Source: Octopus sinensis
Lineage: Eukaryota
Direction: 5' to 3'
Assembly: GCF_006345805.1 (NCBI RefSeq)
Contig: NW_021833272.1
Coordinates: 1 to 64,000, forward strand
DNA length: 64,000 nt
Shown here piece after piece: positions 1-13,139 of the stretch. The notes below the pieces were generated by a model. The model saw only the letters and a program-made list of their open reading frames with translations, did not search any database and had not been told where the DNA came from. The position numbers and the translations under genes are program-made. The first letter of the stretch is position 1. Every line of letters begins with the position of its first letter.

Positions 1-1240
1 TCTCTCGTATCATTCTTCGTCTTGCCCTGTACTTATAACATCCCGCTTTTCTCACTTTCTTCCTGCTCTCTTCTTTTGTATTCTATAGTTTCGTTCATCT
101 TTTCTACTTTCTCTCATCCCCTTCCCCTTCTTCTCTATTGTCTTCCCACTCTTATATTTTTTCTCATCTTGTCTTCTTCACTTTCGCTCTCTCCTCTTTC
201 TAAATTTTTTCCTCCTTACCCTCTCCCTTTTATTCTAGCCCATCTGATCCCTGTCTCCTTCCATATACGTCTCTCGCTTTTCTTTCCTTTTTTCTGTCTA
301 TAACCCATATCTCACTCTTTCTCTCTTTCTATCTATCTTTCTGTCATTACCAATAGCTTAGTTCTAGTCTATGTCTCTGTTTCTCTCTATCTCTTTCTCT
401 CTCCCTCTCCACCTCTCTCCCTACCCACACTGATTCCTTCTTTCTTTCTTTCTCTCTCTCTCTTCGTCTCACTAAATTTGTCCTCATATAATTCGTTATT
501 TTATTCATTCTCTTTCTGTCAATTACCTCGCACTACACCCATCTACTCTCTCTCTCTCTATCTATCTATCTATCTCTATCTCACTTAATTAGGACTTTCC
601 TCTTCTTTTCCACCCTCTCTCTATCACACCAGTTCCCTACCACCACCGCTCTTTCCCTATCACTCCTTTTCTATGTCCCCATCAACCCTGCCTCTCCCTC
701 TACTCTCCAACTCCCACTACTCCCTTTCAACTCTTTGTCTTTTTCTGTCTGTTTCCCTCTCTCTCCTCTCTCTCCTCTCTCTCCCCCAAATCTATCTTCC
801 CTCTCTTAGTCTATCTCTCTTTCTCTCCTCTCTGGTTGCTATGCATCCTCTCTCTTCCATTCTCACTCTCTCCTCTCTCTCTCTCTCACTCTACTTTCTG
901 ACACTATCCCCCTCATCCTTGACCTCTTTCTCCGAGCCAACTTGTATTCACTCTCTCTTTCTCTCTCTCTCTCTCTCTCGTTCTTTAATTCCTCTCCGTC
1001 TTTCCTGTTTACCTCTCTCTCTCTCTCTCTTTCCTTCTCTCCGACTCCCCATTCTCCATCCCCCGATTACCATTTCCTCTTCATGCCAGCAACTTCCACC
1101 GCACTACCCTTATTTCTCTCTCTCTCTCTCTCTCTCTCCCTTCTCTCTCTCTCTCCATTCTCTCTCTCTCGCCCTTCTCTCTCTCTCTCCCTTCTCTCTC
1201 TCTCTTTCTCTCTCTCTCCTTTCTCTCGCTCTCTGCTTGC
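1..1240. repeat. Polypyrimidine / (CT)n-rich low-complexity tract
   Basis: Almost exclusively C/T on the + strand with many (CT)n runs; the Ser/Leu-rich ORFs here are by-products. Confidence 0.9.
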
Positions 1241-1475
1241 ACTTACAAACCTATATACATACATACACGCTCACACACACACACATACACACAACACAAG
1301 CAAAAATAGGCATATATGTTTGTATATGTGTGTGTGTATGTATGTACATATGTATGTGTGTCTGTGCGTATACATACGCATACGCACATTCGCACAGGCA
1401 CACACATAATATACACACGTGCATATGTATGCACATTTATATATATATATGTGTGTGCGTATGCATGTATGTATG

Positions 1476-1515
<40 letters not shown>

Positions 1516-1994
1516 CATACATAGGGAGAGAGAAAGGGAAAGTGGGAGAGAGAGCACACACATCCATCCATATACGTATACACACATACAGTGAGACACA
1601 CCTACACACACACACACAACTATCCCTACTATGCATTCCCTTCGCTTGTCCCTTCTTGCTCAACCTTCTCCACCGTCTACTCTTTCTTTCTCTCAGCCCT
1701 CCCTTTCTCTCTCTCTCTCTCAATTCCTCTCTCTCACTCTTTCTCCCTCTCCAACAATGTCTTTCCGTCCCAAAGGACGTAAAACTTCCCATGAAACAAT
1801 ACTGCTTTAATGAAACGAAAACATCCACCATTTTGTTTTGCTTCCGCTCTATCATGCAACACTTTTTTGTTAAACTTTTTCCAAGGAGCCTCCATCTTGC
1901 TTTCCCACCACCACCACTAACACTACCATTACGACTCCCCGCCCCAAACAAATTATCCAATAGTTCTGGTTGTAGTTTGGTTTCAACGATAGCC

Positions 1995-1996
1995 AC

Positions 1997-2057
<61 letters not shown>

Positions 2058-2644
2058 GTAGTAGTATTAGTAGTAGTAGTAGTGGTGGTGGTGGTGGTGG
2101 TGGTGGTTTCGTGGAGCTAATTGTAGCACTTGTAGATTTTGCAGTTGCTGTTGAAGATAGGTGTGGTGGTTCTGTGGTAGTAAATGTACCATTACTACAA
2201 CAGAAGCTGTGGCTCCATTTGCAGACACCAGTGGTGGTTGCGTGGCGTTAATCGTTGTTGTAGCTGTAGTAGTAGTAGTAGTAGGAAGAGGAGGAGGAGG
2301 AGGGGATAAAAGTAGTTGTGATAATCGTAACAGCGGAGAAGTAGTAGTAATAGCAGTAGCAATAATAGTGGTAGAGATTGTGGTGGTGGCGGTGGTAGTG
2401 TTGTTGCGATGGTGGTGAGGTGGAGGTGGTTGTGGCGGTGGGGATAGTGGTGGTGATGATGTTAGTGGTGATGGTTGTGGTAGTGGTTGCGACGATGCTG
2501 GTCGTGATGGTTGTGGTTGTAGTGGTGGTGGTTGTGACAATGGTGGTTGTGATGGTTGTAGTTGTGGTAGTGGCTATGGTGGTGGCGATGATGGTCGTGG
2601 TGGCGGTGGTTGTGCTGGTGGTTGCAGTAGTAGTAGTAGTAGTT

Positions 2645-2676
<32 letters not shown>

Positions 2677-2740
2677 TAGCGTTACGGTATTTGTGTCGGT
2701 TGTAGCGTTGGCATTGGTCTCTGCTGCTGCTGTTGTTGCT
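1995..2740. repeat. (GTA)n / (GTG)n trinucleotide microsatellite mosaic
   Basis: Pure GTA run from about 1996, grading into degenerate GTG/GTT/GAT triplets. Confidence 0.9.
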
Positions 2741-3179
2741 CCTTATCGAGCGAGCCCCTATGATTTAAAATCCTACCGTGACCATCTAACATAGGAGGTG
2801 TATGCAAGACAACAAGCATTTATCTGATGCGTCCTTTCTTCACTCAAGATTATAGAATAAGATTTGAGGGGCATGTGGTTGCTATTTCCCTCTGGTCGTA
2901 ACTACTGCAGAAGAAGCTCGTACTTGTAACGTTTCATATCGCAGGCTTGCATAAATAATTTCAGTGCTGACCCAGCTGTACTCTAATCCCAGACTTTCCA
3001 ACCGTGACCTTCCCGTGTATTCCTAACTTCAGAGAACGCGAAACCCCTAAACCAACATATCCCTGGTTTTATGAGATCGAATGTGATTCGAATGTGAGAT
3101 CGAATGTGATTCGAAGAAGTTTTGGTTGCAACTGAGATAAACTGTGACGTTGGCACTGACGATAGTTATGATGACATTG

Positions 3180-3539
3180 TTGGTGGTGGTGGTGGTGGTG
3201 GAGAAGATGGTGGTGGTGACGATGGAAATGGTGACGGTGGTAGCGATAATAACGGTAGTAGTAGTGGTAGTAGTAGTAATAGTAGTAATTTTCATATGGT
3301 GGTGGTCGTGTTGGAGGAGGTGGTAGCAGTGGTGGCGATGGTAATGGTGACGGTGGTAGCGGTAATAACAATGGTAGTGGTAGTAGTAGTATTAGTAGAA
3401 GTAGTAATAGTTGTTGCATTTGTACTAGTAGTAGTAGTAGTGATTTTTCATAGTGCTGGTGTTGATGGAGGTGCGGTGGCGGAGTGATGACGATGGTAAT
3501 GGTGACGGTGGTAGCGATAATAACGGTAATAGTGGTATC

Positions 3540-3583
<44 letters not shown>

Positions 3584-3950
3584 CAGTGTAGTAATTTTCA
3601 TAGTGGTGGGGGTTGGAGATGGTGGTGATAGTGGCGATGGTAATGGGGACAGTGGTAGCGATAATAACGGTAGTAGTAGTAGTAGTAGTATTAGTAGTGG
3701 TTTTCATAGTATTGGTGGTGGCGGTGGTGGTGGTGGTGGTGATGGCAGCGGTGGTGGAAGTGATTTTGTTGGTGACGTTAGTAGAGATATTGATGGTGGT
3801 GGTGGAAGTGGTGGTGGTGGTGGAGGTGGTGGTGATGGTGGTAGTAAATGTGACGTTGTGGGTTATAGTAATGATGAAGGCGATGGCATGCTGTTGTTGT
3901 TGTTGTTGTGGTGGTGGTGATGGTGGTGTGTTGCTGGTGATGGTGATATG
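3180..3950. repeat. Composite minisatellite (~4 units of 115-155 bp) with embedded (AGT)n/(GGT)n
   Basis: Motif gatgg(t/a)aatgg(t/g)gac(g/a)gtggtagcg(a/g)taataac recurs at about 3221, 3337, 3492 and 3636, each followed by a variable AGT run; ttttcata recurs after the AGT runs. Confidence 0.75.
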
Positions 3951-4127
3951 TTACATGTTCGGTGTTTTCTTGCATTTGACAGTGTTATCAAATATTTTGC
4001 CCCACGGGGAATGGGATTCTAATATTATATATATTTTTTGTTGTTCTTCGCTGATTGGTTTCCATATATTTTCTTTTATATATAATAGTTATCATTTAAT
4101 TATTATTACTATAATCATTATTAGTAC

Positions 4128-4189
<62 letters not shown>

Positions 4190-4191
<2 letters not shown>

Positions 4192-5895
4192 TAGTTTTAT
4201 TTTTATAGCGTGCTTTCACTTCACTACCGAGCGCAGCTCTGTGTGCCTTGGGTATGTGCTGTGATTTGTTGTGATGCTCTGATGCTTACTGTATTGAAAG
4301 TGTTTTGCGTAGGATGTGTGCAGTGCTCAGTTGTGCAATTTTCTGCATGTTATATGTGGTTGTAAGTCCTGTTGTTTTTGTTATGTATTTGTCTGAATAT
4401 TTTTATCATACCTAATGCGCCTACTATGATAGGAATTGTTTCTGTTTTTAGATTCCACATTCGAGTTACCTCTATTTCCACGTCTTTGTATTTTGAAAGT
4501 TTCTCTATTTCTTTTAGAGACACCTTGTCATCTGCTGGTATTGATACATCAATTAGAAAGCATTTTTTCCTCGTGATCTTTGACAACTGTATCCGGCCTA
4601 TTGGCCTTAATTTTTCTGTGTATATTGGTAGATCCCAGAGTATGGTTGCCTTCTCGTTTTCTGTGACCTTTTCTGGTGTGTGCCTATACCATCATTTTAT
4701 TCTGTTGTTATTCCATAATGTTGGCATAGCTTCCAGTGTATGTAGGTCCCAACTCTGTCGTGTCTGTGAATATATTCCTTCATAGTCAGACCTGGGCAGC
4801 CAGAGATGATATGATTTATTGTTTCTAGTCCATCTCCACATATTCTGCAGTTATTTGTTATGTCTCTTTTCATTATATGTTTTTGGTAATTTCTGGTGGG
4901 GAGGCTTTGGTCTTGTGCTGCAATTAAAAATCCCTCTTTCTCTGCTTTGAGTCCTGAGCTTCTCAACCATTGCTGGGATTTTTCTATTTCTTTTGCATTT
5001 AGTTTAGTCCAGTACTTGCCATGAAGGGGCTTTTCTTGCTACCGTTTTACCAAGGTCCGTTGCTGTTCTAGTTTTAGTTTTGATTTCATTTGCTTTATAG
5101 TTTTTGTATTCTTCTTCTTCTTCTTCTTCTTCTTTTTTTCTTCTTCTTCTTCTTCTCTTCTTCTTCTTCTCTTCTCCTCTTCTTCTTCTTCTTCTTCTTC
5201 TCCTTCTTCTCCTTCATCTTCATCTTCTCCTTCTTCTTCTTCATCATCTTCTTCTTCTTCTCCTCCTCCTTCTCCTTCTTCTCCTTCATCTTCATCTTCT
5301 CCTACTTCTTCTTCTTCTTCTTCTTCTTCTCCTCCTTCATCATCATCTTCTTCTTCTCCTCCTCCTCCTCCTTCAACTTCTTCTCCTCCTCCTTCTTCTT
5401 CTTCTTCTTCTCTTTTCATCTTCTTCTTCTTCTCTTCTTCTTCTTCTTCTTCTTCGTCTTCTTCTTAAAATTGGTAGGTGGTATGATTTCTTGTTTGTTA
5501 TTTGTCAGCTCCTTAAATATGAGAACAGTTTTTTGTTTGCTCGTGTTTTGCCGCTATCTGGATCAGTTTTCCTTCCTTCTGAAGTATATTATTTTGCAGT
5601 CTTATGGTGGTTATTTTATAATAGTTTTCCGGCTGTATATGGCCTCTACCACTTTCTATACGTTGTATATATAGCCTATCTATGTCAGATTTTGGGTGAT
5701 TTTAGGCATCCTAGATCCTGTCATTATTTTTCTTGTTTTCCCATCTATTTTGGTCAGTTTATTTAGCGTCCAGTTAAGGATGTTGTAGCTGTAACTTATA
5801 ACTGGGACAGCTAAAGTGTTAATACCTATTATCTTGTTTTTAGCATTGAGCTCTGTTTTTAGTATTGATCTAACTCGTCTATAGTATTCTTTTCT
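4190..5895 (-). mobile_element. 5'-truncated R4/Dong-type non-LTR retrotransposon (RT C-terminus, CCHC knuckle, restriction-like endonuclease), decayed
   Basis: Minus-strand peptides YYRRVRSILKTELNAKNKIIGINTLAVPVISYS, LKAEKEGFLIAAQDQSLPTRNY, CRICGDGLETINHIISGC...HRHDRV and IDVSIPADDKVSLKEIEKLSKYKDVEIEVTRMWNLKTETIPIIVGALG match the R4/Dong pattern. (TAA)n lies at both ends and a (GAA)n tract interrupts it at about 5105-5465. Confidence 0.85.
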
Positions 5896-5915
5896 AATTA
5901 TTATTATTATTATTA

Positions 5916-5977
<62 letters not shown>

Positions 5978-6019
5978 GTTGTTGTAATTATTATTATTCC
6001 TCTTCTTTTTCATCTTCAG

Positions 6020-6125
6020 AAGAGTGAATTGGAGCGACGTGAATAAAGAACAGAATACACCGCCCAGTCCGGGAATCGAACTCACAACCTTACTATCATA
6101 AGCTCGACGCTGCAACCACTGGGGC
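6020..6125 (-). mobile_element. tRNA-derived SINE head (family D)
   Basis: Reverse complement ccagtggttgcagcg...gtgagttcgattcccgg has A- and B-box-like motifs; related to 24125-24480 and 46440-46560. Confidence 0.6.
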
Positions 6126-6316
6126 ATTCACCTTCACGTATATATATATGTATGTGTGTGTGCGTGTGTGTATGTGCGTGTAGGGAGAGAGAGAGAAAGA
6201 GATAGAGAGAGGCATACAGAGATATGTATATATATATATATATATATAATACATATATATATACAAACACACACACACATACACATATTTATATATGTGA
6301 GTGTGTATGCGTGCGT

Positions 6317-6354
<38 letters not shown>

Positions 6355-6386
6355 TACGATAGATAGATAGATAGATAGATAGATAT

Positions 6387-6425
<39 letters not shown>

Positions 6426-7175
6426 TATAAACATACGCATATACGCACGCTTATATGAACGATATAGAAATTTTCTCTAATTCATAATTTCTCAGTTTTT
6501 GTATCTCTTTCAGAACGTTCTTTTATTTCTCTCTATTTTCTTTTCTATATTCAACTCATTCTTTTCATTTAATTTTCCCTTTCTTCCAATTTTCTATCCT
6601 ATCTTATTTCATTCATGTCCATCTTCCCGCCCCTCCTTCGCACTCTTTACTCATTGATATCGTTTCTGTTGTGCTTACTCGCTTTATTTCATCAAATTGT
6701 TTTTTTTTCTAACCATCAATCATCCGTGATTTTATATCAATATGTTCTTTTCTCCCCTCCATTTCTCTTATCAACATCCTAGATTACAATGTCGGTTCTT
6801 CTTCTTCTAAGTGTTTAGTAACGAACACTTTGTTTGTAAATGTGCCATCAATAATCTGAATTCTCAAATAAATAAAAATAATAACCACGTAGAATAGAAG
6901 AGAAACGAAAAATCTCAATCACATCCTTATCGCACATTGAGATAACTGCGATAACTTATTATTAATAACGGTTATTGTTTGTAATTGTATTGTTGTTGCT
7001 TGACACAGGTCAGACTTGGTCAGGCAGGCCTTTGATCAAAGACATTCTTGACGTGATCAGCCTTTACCAAACATTGAATCTGTTAGATATCCTGGGTGTC
7101 AACAGACAACAATGCTTCACAAACACACACACACACACGCGCGCATACACGAACACACACACATACATACACATC

Positions 7176-7385
7176 TTTTATCTTTTATCTTGTTTCAGCC
7201 ATCAGATTCCAATCCTACTGGGACACGCCCTTGAAGGGATTTAGTCGAAGAAATCAACACCAGTCTTTTTTTTAAATATTTGGTAATTATACGATAGGTC
7301 GCTTTTTGCTGAACCCCTAATTTTCGGGGACGTAAACACCACCTCATTAGTTTGTCAACCGGTAGTGAGGGACAAACACATATAG
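7176..7385 (-). mobile_element. SINE family A, 3' half, degenerate
   Basis: Reverse-complement similarity to the 3' half of the copies at 11223 and 38223. Confidence 0.6.
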
Positions 7386-7536
7386 AAAGAACACTCCCAC
7401 CTGCAAACGCACACATACTCACATACATATACATATACGCATGTACAGTGCGTAAGGTATTTAAGGACATACATTTTTGGGGGTCATTGCTGCATTTCCT
7501 GCTAACTCTATATAATCTTTGTTTCAGAAAATAATA

Positions 7537-7935
7537 ATGACAGACCCTCATCTTACTCAAGAAAGAAAATGCCATGCTGTTGTAGTGGTTATAAAAGCTG
7601 AGCATAGAGATTTAGAAATATTTTGACTTTTAACAGTTGCCAGATCTTTCGTCTACAAAGTTTGTAAGGAGCTAGAGACTGAAGATGGAAACGCATCAGT
7701 AGCAGTATCAAAACATAAAAAGCATTCTAAACGCTCCAAAATAATTAGAAGACCTGAATTTATCCAACAATCCCAGAAAATCCACGAGGTCAATTGCAAA
7801 AGACCTCCATGTGTCAGAAAGAACAATCAGAAATGTTGTCCACGAAGACATCAGATATAAGTCTTATCCGATGAGGAAAGGACAATTTGTCAGAAAAGGC
7901 AAAAGAAAATCGCTACATCAGAGTAACGAAGTCAA
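7537..7935 (+). mobile_element. Tc1/mariner-superfamily transposase N-terminal remnant (frameshifted)
   Basis: MTDPHLTQERK...RSFVYKVCKEL and KSTRSIAKDLHVSERTIRNVVHEDIRYKSYPMRKGQF resemble the second HTH of Tc1/mariner (maT-like) transposases. Confidence 0.65.
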
Positions 7936-8199
7936 AGGTATTGATGGTGGTGGCGTCAGAGGTATGCATATTGTGTGTATGGCAGATGTGGTGGCGATAG
8001 TGGTAATTCTATTGTTTATCATGTAGCTTTGCAATAAATTTCAAGTCCATACACAGAAAAATCATAAAAGCAAACATCCTATGCATACGTAATACCCCCC
8101 ACAAGCATGTATGTGTGTATATATGTATGTATATATGTATGATATATATATATATATATATATATATATCTATATATATATATTCAAATAGAACTTAGC

Positions 8200-9875
8200 A
8201 ACTTCCATACTATTATTAATTTTTTAACTCCCTTCTTTAACTAACTATACCTGTGGGTCTTCTATAATTCTAAAGTATGCAACTTATAATTTATAATTTT
8301 ATAAATTTTTATAGCTACATTTGTATAATAATAATAGATGTGTCTAGATTATTTGTTTCTTGTTTTTTTTTTATATGTGGGTTTTGTTTGTTTTTTAAGG
8401 GAAATGCAATATGACATGAAAATAACATATCATTTTGGTATTGCCTTGTAATATGTGATTTTTGAAGTTTTCTAATATTGCATAGTATATATGTATATCC
8501 TGGTTAGATACCTAGCTCTAGATAATGTATGGATTGTATAATATGTAATATATGAGAGCCTTTTATGAGGTTTGGTGTGTTTGGTGGAGAATTAGGTTTT
8601 GTGTTTGTGTTATTTGGTCGAGAATATAGGTTTTTTTGTGCAGAGTTTTTTATATGTATATTTGGTCTTTCTTTGTATCACCTTAATTTGTATCTTATGC
8701 TATTACTAATTAAACCTTTTCATTTTTTCATTTTTTTCATTTACATACATTTGGCTTTATAAAATATTACCAGCCTTATATTTTGTTATATCTATAGTCC
8801 TCTGGATCTGTACTGTAAATTATCCTTCCATACATATTACTTTCATCAATATAACATATATATTCACTTTATTTATTTTTTTATTTTATTGTAATGTTAT
8901 CAATCTCTGCATGTAGTCTTCTAATTATTTATTTATTTGCTTATTTAAGTGTAGATTTTTACATACATATCAAGTCATCTAATTTGTTATCTATTTATTT
9001 TTTACTTATTAACTTATACTAGGGTAGTTTTAGAACATAACAACTATCATTTATTTTTATTTTATTTTAATAATATATGAATACATATATACTGGTTTGT
9101 AATATAATATGTGTATAACCGTATTTAATTCCTTCGTATTTATTCCTTCTTATTTTTTTTATCACATTTTATCTAAGTAGTTTATAATAATAAAATTTTT
9201 TAAAAAATTTCTGTGATGTTCTCATATGCGTTTGCATTAGTACTTCCCCTTCTATTATTTAATGCCTAAAACTGGTATATTATGGCATTAAATTTATTAA
9301 GTAAATAAGAGATTTATTTATATATATAAATTAATATATATTTTATTTATAACTTAGCGTACTTGGAATCAAACAAACTTACGGTAAATCTAACAACCGT
9401 ATGTTTACTATGCAACAAAACCGGTGTTATAAATTTAAGTTACCAATGAAATAGTATATGACTAGTAAATACTGATATTTAAAATATATTTCTATCTTTA
9501 AATTAAATATTTTATGAAATGCATGAGTGGATCATTTTCGTTATTTGAGGCATAGTTATAATTTTGAAGGACTAAATGGCAGCATAGTTGCTTCCCTTTT
9601 GTTTATCTATGTGCTAGTTGTTGCTTGTGGTTATGTGTGTATAAGTGTATGTGTATACATATAATTATGGTGTATGTGCGATTGATCTGTAGATGCGCGT
9701 GTTGTGAATATGGCGTTCTTGACTAACCAACCGTATAATTCTTTTGTGATTTAAATTTCAAACCAATAGCCAATCGAATCTATCCAAATTATTATTACCT
9801 AGGGTCAGTATTTCTAAACTCATAGTTATTTCGATCTTGAAAGGATGGACTTGGTGCAAACAACTGTATCTATTA

Positions 9876-9907
<32 letters not shown>

Positions 9908-10240
9908 TATTATTATTATTAATATTATAGTAATTTTATTAACTTTTATAGCTTTATAATTTTATGAACTGAACCATGGTTTTATTATTATTTTTCATCT
10001 CCTATGTGTAGTTTTTTTTTTTAAACTATTAGCCAAATATGTATAATATCGGTGCTATTAATATTAATATAGACACTGATATATATTTGTTTTATTTTGT
10101 TCTGTTTACCTTCCATTATTGTACCAATGAGTATTATATTAATAAGTGTAGCATATGAAGTCTATGTATAAGTTTTATATTTTACATTTTATATTTTTAT
10201 ATTTATATGTATATGGTTAAATAATCTTTTTCACAATTAT
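8200..10240 (-). mobile_element. Heavily decayed AT-rich segment, probably a Penelope-like element ORF remnant
   Basis: The minus strand is A-rich. Weak by-eye motifs occur in the expected order: CYIDE (for RYIDD, about 8830), NLYSRPNNT and HIIQSIHY-SRARYLTRI (thumb region). An adjacent hammerhead supports a PLE origin. There is no intact frame. Confidence 0.4.
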
Positions 10241-10252
10241 AACAAATTTAAT

Positions 10253-10362
10253 TCTCTGAAGAGGGCAGTGGGGCATCCTGTTAATGCCTCATTTATACCT
10301 GCCTTTATGGCTTATAGGTTAAATGAGGTATGACTGCCCTCACTGCCGAAACAGCTGTCAGA
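10253..10362 (+). ncRNA. Type I hammerhead ribozyme with long stem II
   Basis: CUGAAGA at 10256-10262 and GAAAC at 10348-10352. Stem II is GGCAGUG/CACUGCC then GGGCA/UGCCC then AUGCCUCAUUUA/UAAAUGAGGUAU. Stem III is AC-AGCU-GU with a palindromic loop, the cleavage triplet GUC is at 10357-10359, and stem I is UCU/AGA with an imperfect extension. Confidence 0.8.
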
Positions 10363-11222
10363 TTTGATTTAATTACATATTATATTTGAAATTATAACTT
10401 ATATCTCTTGTCTATTTACTCTTACTGTATATTTTGTATAATGCCTTTACTGATATGTAATGCGTTGTATTAAAGTATGATTGGGTATCATCTGATAGTT
10501 GATGTTTTATTGATTTAAGTATGTTTCTCCATTCTCTAATTTTGTAGTAGATATAATATATATATATCTATATATATATATATATATAGTATTATATATA
10601 TACATGATTTTCAAAAAGTTCAAATAGGAAGACTTGGCTTATATCACAGTTGTCTTGCTTCTGACTAGTGTTTGACAAATCCCTGTTTTATAGGAATTCG
10701 TGGCTCAAATTAGTACATTTTTGGGAAAGGATTTGATTGGATATACGATAGTCACATGACTCATCATAGAGATTTTTGTAGGTACATAACGATGTGGGTG
10801 GTAAGGAGGCTACTTACTATACAGCCACGCCTGAGTCTATATATATAATATATATATAATATTATATTATATACATATAATATATATATATAATTATATA
10901 TATATATTATATGTATGTATATGATGCATTGATATATAAATTGATAAGTTATATATCATCATAAATATAATTAAAAGGTACAAGCTGCCAAAACACATGC
11001 TGTTCCAATGTAATTCGATTTCGGTTCCTGCGTGTATCTAAAAGTGCATCTGTACATATATATATGTATATATGTATTTGTTTATATATATATATATATA
11101 TATGCACACACACACACACACATATATATATTTACATATATGTTTATATGTATGTGTGTGTGTTGTGTGTGTGTGATATATATATATATATATATTATTA
11201 CATATATATATATATATACACA

Positions 11223-11380
11223 GGAGGCGCAGGAGTGGCTGTGTGGTATGTAGCTTGCTACCAACAATATGGTTCCGGGTTCAGTCCCAATGCGTTGCAT
11301 CTTGGGCAAGTGTCTTGTACTATAGCTCGGGCAACCAAAGCCTTGTGAGTGGATTATGTATATATATATATATATATGTC

Positions 11381-11411
<31 letters not shown>

Positions 11412-11650
11412 TATGTGTGTGTGTGTGTGGTGTGTGTGTGTATGTTTGTGTGTCTGTGTTTGTCCCCTAGCATTGCTTGACAACCGATGCTGGTGGTTTA
11501 CGTCGCCGTCACTTAGCCGTTCGGCAAAAAGAGAGCGATATAAAATAAGTACTGGGCTTACAAAAAGAAAGTCCAGGGGTCGATTTGTTCGACTCTAAAG
11601 GCGGGTTGCCCCGCATGGCCGCAGTCAAATGACTGAAACAAGTAAAAGAG
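11223..11650 (+). mobile_element. tRNA-derived SINE family A (CORE-like, probably octopus OR2-type)
   Basis: Head ggctgtgtggta...ggttccgggttcagtccc, CORE-like cttgggcaagtgtc, internal TA/TG microsatellite and tail catggccgcagtcaaatgactgaaacaagtaaaaga. The family name comes from memory of the literature and is unverified. Confidence 0.85.
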
Positions 11651-11666
11651 AGAGTGAGTAGAGGTG

Positions 11667-11713
<47 letters not shown>

Positions 11714-12499
11714 TCTCTCTCTCTCCCTCTCTCTCTCTCTTTATATATATATATATATTTAAACTTACATGCCCAGACCACAAACATATATGTATATATG
11801 CACACATATATAATACCATTCGTTCACGGCATGAATTACACTTTCATGGCTTAAGCTTTGAGACAAGCATATGATTACGTATACATGTACAAAAGTGTAT
11901 ATATTTGGTTATGTATGTATGTATGTATGTATGTATGTATGTATGCATGTGTTTGTGTGTGTTTGTATGTATATATATTTGTATGTATGTACGTTTATAT
12001 GCATGTACTTTTGTATGCATTTACGTACATACGTGTGTATGTATATATTTTGTACTTAAAGTTAGAGAGAGAGGGGGGAATGGGTGGAGAAAGTTTGAGA
12101 AAGGGCGAAGGTGATTTCTTTGTGCAAAGTGATCGGTCTTTCCTATTGTGGGGAGCGGAAATGAGTTTGCATCCATTGAACAGATCCCAGTGCAGCTTAG
12201 AAGACCTGTTGCATGGGAATAATGGTCAACAACAAAATGCCGGTGTTTGGAATGATGCAACTCCCAAGAGGTTGATTGTAAGGCACACAATCATTTGGGA
12301 ATATTTGTATGCCGAAAAATGGTTGTTCTTGGAAGTGTATACACGTAGATATACGGATGTTATGTGCAATAGAGGAGCCATTGTTATTGTGTGTGTCGAT
12401 GATTTAACGTTTAGGTTAGATATCTATGTGTGTGCTATAAATTAATCCTCATTTGCTGGTGCAGGCATGTCTTTATATGTGTATGGATGTAAATGTATT

Positions 12500-12660
12500 T
12501 AGTAAATCCCCAAAACGAAGAACAAACACTAAAAAACAACACGAAGACGTGGTACATGTAAAGTTTTAGCAGACGCTCAGAGAAGGAAAGAAAGGTGTTG
12601 TTACGTTTCGAGCAAAGCTCTTCAGAAACATGAGAGAAAGGAAAGTCTAATAGAAATGGA
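12500..12660 (-). mobile_element. Short PLE-terminus-like element with degenerate minimal hammerhead
   Basis: The minus strand reads CUGAAGAGCUUUGCUCGAAACGUA at 12625-12602; the flanks loosely resemble those at 19215-19380 and 57560-57760. Confidence 0.5.
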
Positions 12661-13139
12661 AGACGGAGGAAAAAAAATCGCCAGCGATTGGCATGTGGTT
12701 ACAGTTTGAAAAAAATAATATATTTATGCATGCATGCGTGCGTGTGTATGTGTATATCTTTTTCTCTCTACTTATATATACGTATATCTCTGTTTGTGTG
12801 TGGATAAACGTATATGTATACACACACATGCTTATATATATTTACATATACATATATAATGCATAAAATAAACAAAATATACACATATACACACTTACAC
12901 AAACATGCATGTGTATATAACACAAGGTATATATATATATATATTAAGCAGATATAAGTTAGAGGTTATACAACCATCTAAGGGATAGATGTATCCGTAG
13001 GCACTCCTGGTGTATTACCTCACTATGTATAGTCCTCGTTATAAGGTATATGGTAGTAGGTAATTGAAAGGTAAAACCGTAGTTTAATATATATATATAC
13101 AGAGAAGATAAGAAATGGATCAATAATTAACTATGAGAA

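Noticed and set aside
673-1524. 283-aa Ser/Leu-rich ORF
   Set aside because: (CT)n and (TA)/(CA) repeats read through by chance.
2750-3115. Non-microsatellite segment with a 21-bp direct duplication (about 3071-3114)
   Set aside because: Could not assign it to any family in any frame; the small duplication alone is unremarkable.
7678-7700. CTGAAGA-TG-GAAAC hammerhead-like string
   Set aside because: No stem II, and it lies in the transposase reading frame (TEDGN); chance match.
8200-10550. Possible mitochondrial insertion (NUMT) because of extreme AT content
   Set aside because: No recognisable mitochondrial gene, rRNA or tRNA motif; the hammerhead and weak RT-like motifs fit a PLE better.
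12060-12450. Possible Penelope thumb-domain remnant on the minus strand
   Set aside because: By-eye similarity is too weak to distinguish from chance.
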